DNA of 64,000 bases from an uncultured bacterium (GTDB lineage: Bacteria > Verrucomicrobiota > Lentisphaeria > Victivallales > UBA1829), in the NCBI GenBank assembly GCA_902762495.1, contig CACWOL010000005.1, positions 28,213-92,212 on the forward strand. The letters run 5' to 3'. A model generated the notes under the pieces. That model worked only from the letters and a program-made list of their open reading frames with translations, had not been told where the DNA came from and did not search any database. The translations under genes were made by a program, and so were the position numbers. Below are positions 59,413 to 64,000 of the stretch, piece by piece (the first letter of the stretch is position 1; every line of letters starts with the position of its first letter).

Positions 59413-61619
59413 AGACGCTCAAAGCATTGTTCGAATATGTGCCGCCGAACCGCCACCCGCTCGGCCTGGAGACGCGTTGCCTGCTGATCTTGCCGCCGGC
59501 GTTCCTGCTCTCCCTGAAATATGACCTGCCGCACATCCTGATCCTGACGGCGCTGATGGTCATTTTCCCGATCTTCCAGGACCGCAGTTTCCGGCTGCGG
59601 GACCGCCCCGTCATCTACTCGCTGCTCGCGGCGGGCATCCTGGCGGTCGTGCCCGGCCTGTTCGTGAAGATACCGGACAGCCGCCTGACGTTCTCCGACT
59701 ATCTGATGCGGTCGCACCAGTTTCTGCCGTTCCTGCTGTACGCCGCGGCGATCTCCTGCTGGTTCATGCGGACGCGCGAGGTGTCGGCGCTGTGCCTGCT
59801 GATCGTCCTGCTGTCGTGTCTGGCGTGCGGCGACGTCTACAATACCGCCAAGCTCGAAAACATCAATTTCGCCGGGACTACGCCGCTTCTGCGGAATTAC
59901 CGCCGGACGTACCAGGTCTGCGCCGTCCTGCAATGCATCGGAGTGCTGATGCTTCTGGTCACGGATGTCCGTTTCGACTCGGCGGCCAGCCTGAAATCGG
60001 TCAATTATGTCGTCCGTCCCCTCGCGATCCTCCTGATCCTGCCTGCTGCGGCGGGGGCGATCCTGTATTTCAGTTCGATGGAGGACACGTTCCGCGAGTG
60101 GCGGTCGCACCTCCAGCAGATCTTCCAGCCGCCTCCGCCGGGGCAGGGCAACGCGTTCCCCGGCGAGGTCGCGATCCGGTCGCCCCAGTTCGAGCTGGAC
60201 ACGCCGGTCCGGGTGGTCATGCGGGCGCTGGCGTCGTCCGCGCCGGGCTATTTGCGCGGCAACGTCTACCGCGGGTTCAACGGCAGCTACGGGGGCGTCT
60301 GGGTGGCAGACGAGAAGGACCCGACGGACGTCGTGGAAATCACGCGCGACGAGGACCGGAACCTGACCGTGCTGACGTTCCTGCTCCAGAACACCGGCGA
60401 CGTCGACACCGAACGCCTCGAATTCCGGTTCGCGTCCGATTTCCGCAACGTCGTGACGCCTCTGCCCGCGAACGCGACCTCGGTCACGCTCGACGCCAAA
60501 TCCGCCGCCATCACGCGCGACGGCGGCCTGATCGCCGAAAACTGGGTCCCCTCCACAGGTGTGATCGTGACGGTCAACAAGCCGGACCCCGCCGCTGCGT
60601 ACCAGGAGCCTCTGGCCGAAGTCATGGCGCCGGGCCAGGACGTGCGGCAGGAATATCTGCGTCTGCCGCCCCTGCTGACGGACCAGCTCGCCGTTCTCAC
60701 GGACGAGATATTCGACGGCAGGAATCCCGGAGACCTGTCGCCGCAGGCGCGGATTGTCGCCGTCGTGCGGTTCTTCTCGGACAATTTCACGTATTCCCTG
60801 AAGCGGGACGATTACGTCCCCTCGCGCGGCGAATACTACAGTCCGCTGATGCGGTTCCTGTTCTACCGCAGGACGGGCCACTGCGAGCTCTTCGCGACCT
60901 CGGCGGCGCTGCTCCTGCGCCTGTACGGCGTCCCGACCCGGTACGTCGCGGGCGTCGTCTGCACCCGCTACAATCAGGCGGGCTATTACTATGCCACGAA
61001 TTTCGACCTGCACGCGTGGGCGGAGGCCTGGGTGGACGACGAGCAGAAATGGGTGCTCGTGGAGGCGACGCCGCCCGGCACGGAAATCGACGACATCCTG
61101 GCTGATTTCGAGGCGGATTCGTGGGGGCGTTCCTTCCGCGACTACATCGCGTTCAAGTACGAAAACATGGTCTACTGGTTCCGGCGCGGCTATCTGGCGC
61201 AGGTCATCATCCACGCATGGGATGCGGTCTACGGCTGGACGCTCTACCAGTTCCGGGACCACCCCGTCCGCTCCGTCTTCGGGCTGCTCGTCCCGCTTGC
61301 GCTCGCGGCCGCCGGTGCGACATATCTGCGGAACATCCGCCGCAAACGCTATGCGCTGACGCGTCAGGCGCGCCGTCTTGCCCGTATGATGCGTTCACTT
61401 CAGCTCGCGGTCTGGCGGAAGACCGGCGTCCAGCGCGAACCGTGGCAGACCTACGGCGCGTGGGCGGCGGAGCTCGACGATCCGGCCCTGAACACCTGCG
61501 TTGCGCTCTACGAACGCATCCGCTATTCCGGGACTGTCCCGACGCCGGAAGACGTCGAGTCCTTCGAACAGGCTGTCCGCGCGGTCCGCAACCATATCCC
61601 CCGCAGAAAAGACGCGTGA
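59409..61619 (+). CDS. transglutaminase-like domain membrane protein
   Basis: 736 aa from ATG 59409, with an ATGA overlap with the DUF58 stop. The first ~440 aa of the 1175-aa track ORF are an out-of-frame shadow over DUF58. Multi-TM N-half, then RRTGHCELFATSAALLLR, DLHAWAEAW, C-terminal TM. Confidence 0.8.
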   Translation: MKTLKALFEYVPPNRHPLGLETRCLLILPPAFLLSLKYDLPHILILTALMVIFPIFQDRSFRLRDRPVIYSLLAAGILAVVPGLFVKIPDSRLTFSDYLMRSHQFLPFLLYAAAISCWFMRTREVSALCLLIVLLSCLACGDVYNTAKLENINFAGTTPLLRNYRRTYQVCAVLQCIGVLMLLVTDVRFDSAASLKSVNYVVRPLAILLILPAAAGAILYFSSMEDTFREWRSHLQQIFQPPPPGQGNAFPGEVAIRSPQFELDTPVRVVMRALASSAPGYLRGNVYRGFNGSYGGVWVADEKDPTDVVEITRDEDRNLTVLTFLLQNTGDVDTERLEFRFASDFRNVVTPLPANATSVTLDAKSAAITRDGGLIAENWVPSTGVIVTVNKPDPAAAYQEPLAEVMAPGQDVRQEYLRLPPLLTDQLAVLTDEIFDGRNPGDLSPQARIVAVVRFFSDNFTYSLKRDDYVPSRGEYYSPLMRFLFYRRTGHCELFATSAALLLRLYGVPTRYVAGVVCTRYNQAGYYYATNFDLHAWAEAWVDDEQKWVLVEATPPGTEIDDILADFEADSWGRSFRDYIAFKYENMVYWFRRGYLAQVIIHAWDAVYGWTLYQFRDHPVRSVFGLLVPLALAAAGATYLRNIRRKRYALTRQARRLARMMRSLQLAVWRKTGVQREPWQTYGAWAAELDDPALNTCVALYERIRYSGTVPTPEDVESFEQAVRAVRNHIPRRKDA

Positions 61620-61722
61620 GGAGAAAAAGCGGTTTCCCCTGCTTGAAAAACGGGGAGGCGTGGCCTCCGCTGAAGCCTTGCGCGTGACGCTCGCGCGCAA
61701 GGACAAAGCGTGTTTTCTCTGT

Positions 61723-61757
61723 AAAAAACGGGACACCCGGATGAACCGGATGTCCCG
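61723..61757 (-). terminator. rho-independent terminator of the PPIase gene
   Basis: Minus strand CGGGACATCCGG-TTCAT-CCGGGTGTCCCG (12-bp stem) followed by T6. Confidence 0.8.
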
Positions 61758-61785
61758 ATGAATGTTTCCGTGTCCGAACGGGATC

Positions 61786-62988
61786 TTACTTTGTTTCGGC
61801 GGGAGCTTCCTTCGCGGGTGCGAAATCGTTGATCTTCGCGTTCTTCGCGATCTCGTCGTCGAGCATCTTGTTGAGGTCTGCCTGCGCCTTTTCGGCCGCG
61901 AGGTACTCGGTGAGTTTGTCATTGACCTTCTCGATCGGGGTGACTTCTTCCGGAGTCTTTTCGATCAGCTTGATGATGTGGTAGCCGAACTGGGTCTTGA
62001 CGGGCTTCGTGATCTGTCCGGCCTTTTCGATGCCGAACGCCGCGCTGGCGAAGGTCTGGTCCATAGCTCCGCCGCCTTCAAGCAGCATGCCTTCCTTGTC
62101 GAAGGCCGGGAGCTTGCCGTTGTCACGTTTGCCGGAGGGGCAGTCGCTCTTTTCCTGCGCGAGCTTGTCGAAGCTGGCGGGATCCTTCAGGAGTTCGTCG
62201 TAGATGGCGTCGATCTTCGCCTTGGCTTCCTTGTCGGCGGCTTCCGCGTCGGAGGCTTCCTTTTCCTCGTCGAGCTGGATGAGGATGTGCGCGACGGTTA
62301 CGCCTTCGGGTTTCTTGAAGCCTTCGATGTTCTCTTCGTAGAGCTTCTTGATATCCTCGTCGGAGACGTTCTTCTTCGCCTTGTCGAGGTATTCGGTGTG
62401 GACGAACTTGGAGAGGGCGGCCTTCATCTGGATCTCGGGATTCTCCGAGGTCTGCTTCATGTGCTCTTCGAGCGTGAGGCCGTTTTCCTTCAGGGTCTCT
62501 TCGATCTCCTCCTGCTCCTCCTTCGGGAGCTCGGCGAATTCTTCCTTCATTTCCTTGGCGACGAATTCGGCGGAGGGCTTGAATCCGGCCTTTTCTGCCT
62601 GCTTCAGCATGATCTTGTCCTTGACCATGTCTTCGATCTGCTTGCTCATGGCCTGGCGGAGGCGTTCCTCGCCGATGCTCTTGTAGATCTCAAGCGGGAC
62701 TTCCTGCGAGACGAGCTCGTCGATGATCGCTTTCCTGGCGATGGGCTCGCCGTAGACCGTGGCGACTGGATCGGGGAGGAATGCGAGGACTTCGGTGATT
62801 TCGGCCTCGGTGGCGGGCTTCATGTCCAGATCCTGCATCTGCATGCCCTGCGTCTGGGCCTGGGCTTCGGTGCCGGCCTGCGCCGGTTCCTCGGTCTTCT
62901 TGTCGCCGCAGGCGCTGAGCGCCGCGGCCGCGATGCCTGCCGCGAAGCAGATCGCAGCGGCTTTCCCGGTGAATTTCATGATGTTCAT
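61786..62988 (-). CDS. lipoprotein peptidyl-prolyl isomerase (SurA-N-like chaperone region + parvulin domain)
   Basis: 400 aa from ATG 62988 with AGGAG 5 nt upstream; the track GTG at 62994 is less likely. Lipobox ALSACG. Parvulin block VAHILIQL..FGYHIIKLIEK. Confidence 0.8.
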   Translation of the reverse strand: MNIMKFTGKAAAICFAAGIAAAALSACGDKKTEEPAQAGTEAQAQTQGMQMQDLDMKPATEAEITEVLAFLPDPVATVYGEPIARKAIIDELVSQEVPLEIYKSIGEERLRQAMSKQIEDMVKDKIMLKQAEKAGFKPSAEFVAKEMKEEFAELPKEEQEEIEETLKENGLTLEEHMKQTSENPEIQMKAALSKFVHTEYLDKAKKNVSDEDIKKLYEENIEGFKKPEGVTVAHILIQLDEEKEASDAEAADKEAKAKIDAIYDELLKDPASFDKLAQEKSDCPSGKRDNGKLPAFDKEGMLLEGGGAMDQTFASAAFGIEKAGQITKPVKTQFGYHIIKLIEKTPEEVTPIEKVNDKLTEYLAAEKAQADLNKMLDDEIAKNAKINDFAPAKEAPAETK

Positions 62989-63208
62989 GTTCACTCCTGT
63001 TGCTGAGTTATCGTTTTGTTATTGTATGATATTTTGATATGCCGGGGTCCTGCTTCCGGAACCCGCCGGACGGGGCGTCCCGCGGTCCCTTCCGCAAAAA
63101 CGGATATATACCATTAGCACCGATTCCCGCGTTTTCAAACCGGAAACATGACTTTTTTCGGGAAAGTTTCGATTCCGGGGCGATCGGCGGGACGGCGGAT
63201 GCGGCGTG

Positions 63209-64000
63209 TCAGTCTTCCGGTTTCCAGTATTTGACGGTCTTTCGGATGTTCGCGATCTCCTTGTCGAGTTCGTTGGCCTTGGCCGGGGCTTTCGCCTTCA
63301 CGAGGGCGTCCATGATTTTCGCCTTTTCTGCGTCGTACGTGCCTGGGTACTGCGTGCGGTTGGCCTCGTAGTGGTCCTTCAGCGCGTCTTCGTCGATCTC
63401 CTTCTTCGCGGCTTCTTCCGCGTGCTTGTTCACGAAAAGCTGCATGGCGGTCTGCTTCTGGATGGCTTCGATCTCTGCGAGCTTCGCGACCTGGTCCTCC
63501 AGCGACTCGCCCTGCTCCTTCAGCGCGTCGTCAAGCTCCTTTCTCTGATCGGCGGGGAGCTCGTCGAGTTCCTTCATCACGGACTCCTTCACGAGCTGGG
63601 GGGAGGGCTTGAATCCGGACTTCTGCGCGAGGTAGAGCAGGATCGCGTTGTCGAGGTTCGCCCGGATCATCTCGCCGACGGATTCCTTCGTGATGCGCGC
63701 GCAGTCGCTGGCGGTCGGTTCCTGATCGAAGATCTCCTGCAGGAGCTCTTCCTTCGTCAGCTTCAGGTCTTCGTATTCCACGAGCATGTCCGGCAGGTAG
63801 TCGAACTGCTTCTTGAGTTCCTCCATCGTGACGGGCTTGCCTTTGCCGTCGAGGATGTCCTGGATCTTGTCGATGTATTCGGCGGAGTAGCCGGAGAGAC
63901 GGCCGAGCACCGTTTCGCCGTCGGCGGCGAGCACGACCGTGCAGGGATAACCGTCGACTTTGAACTTTTCGGCGAGCTCGGCGTTCTGCTTCTTGAGTTC
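63209..64000 (-). CDS. partial CDS (5' end off-window): thioredoxin-like segment followed by a SurA-N-like helical region
   Basis: The frame is open to the window edge (264 codons). The edge reads ELKKQNAELAEKFKVDGYPCTVVLAADGETVLGRLSGY (thioredoxin-fold GYPT-type pattern). Downstream, LAQKSGFKPSPQLVKESVMKELDELPADQRKELDDALKEQG is paralogous to the neighbouring PPIase N-region. Confidence 0.6.
   Translation of the reverse strand, partial: ELKKQNAELAEKFKVDGYPCTVVLAADGETVLGRLSGYSAEYIDKIQDILDGKGKPVTMEELKKQFDYLPDMLVEYEDLKLTKEELLQEIFDQEPTASDCARITKESVGEMIRANLDNAILLYLAQKSGFKPSPQLVKESVMKELDELPADQRKELDDALKEQGESLEDQVAKLAEIEAIQKQTAMQLFVNKHAEEAAKKEIDEDALKDHYEANRTQYPGTYDAEKAKIMDALVKAKAPAKANELDKEIANIRKTVKYWKPED

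Overview
High-GC (roughly 60% by eye) bacterial chromosomal window. The LPS genes, Tad-type pilins and divergent FtsZ suggest a Gram-negative PVC-type organism (Lentisphaerota/Kiritimatiellota/Verrucomicrobiota-like); this is inference only. I call about 57 CDS, one tRNA-Ser(UGA) and one FMN riboswitch, and found no rRNA, CRISPR, transposase or integrase. Ordinary blocks are rhaBA, a dac-uxs-murF-murE envelope operon plus an ArnT-like GT-C transferase, gatB, riboswitch-ribBA-ribH-nusB-ftsY-aroA, waaA, and MoxR-DUF58-transglutaminase. ftsA-ftsZ is translationally chained to an M28 peptidase and two LPS/Kdo-kinase paralogues. Four loci stand out. (1) 531-4072 is a tight four-gene operon: an anchor-less ER/archaeal-type (S26B) signal-peptidase homologue, a PqqD/RRE protein, an HprK-like P-loop kinase and an ABC exporter. 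It has no visible precursor or core-modifying enzyme and is a candidate undescribed RiPP-like phospho-peptide maturation/export system. (2) 29208-32435 encodes a secreted inhibitory-type serpin fused to a ~640-aa extension with an internal domain duplication and PilO/PilN/PilP-like patterns. (3) 37980-39161 encodes a membrane-anchored protein that shares a VAxxVAxNIFDPER motif and G/M/F-rich segments with the serpin fusion and ends in a ~110-aa tail made only of G/M/F/D/A. (4) 50470-56833 is a minus-strand cluster of three tandem lipoprotein paralogues with a SecDF P1-head-like motif, a secreted unknown, two Flp-type prepilins (one an untracked 53-aa ORF), and TadE- and TadG-like proteins, with no Tad ATPase or secretin in the window. 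thrC at the left edge looks disrupted. Many intergenic regions carry TTGACA-N17-TATATT-type promoters. All function calls rest on motif recognition by eye; no database search was possible.
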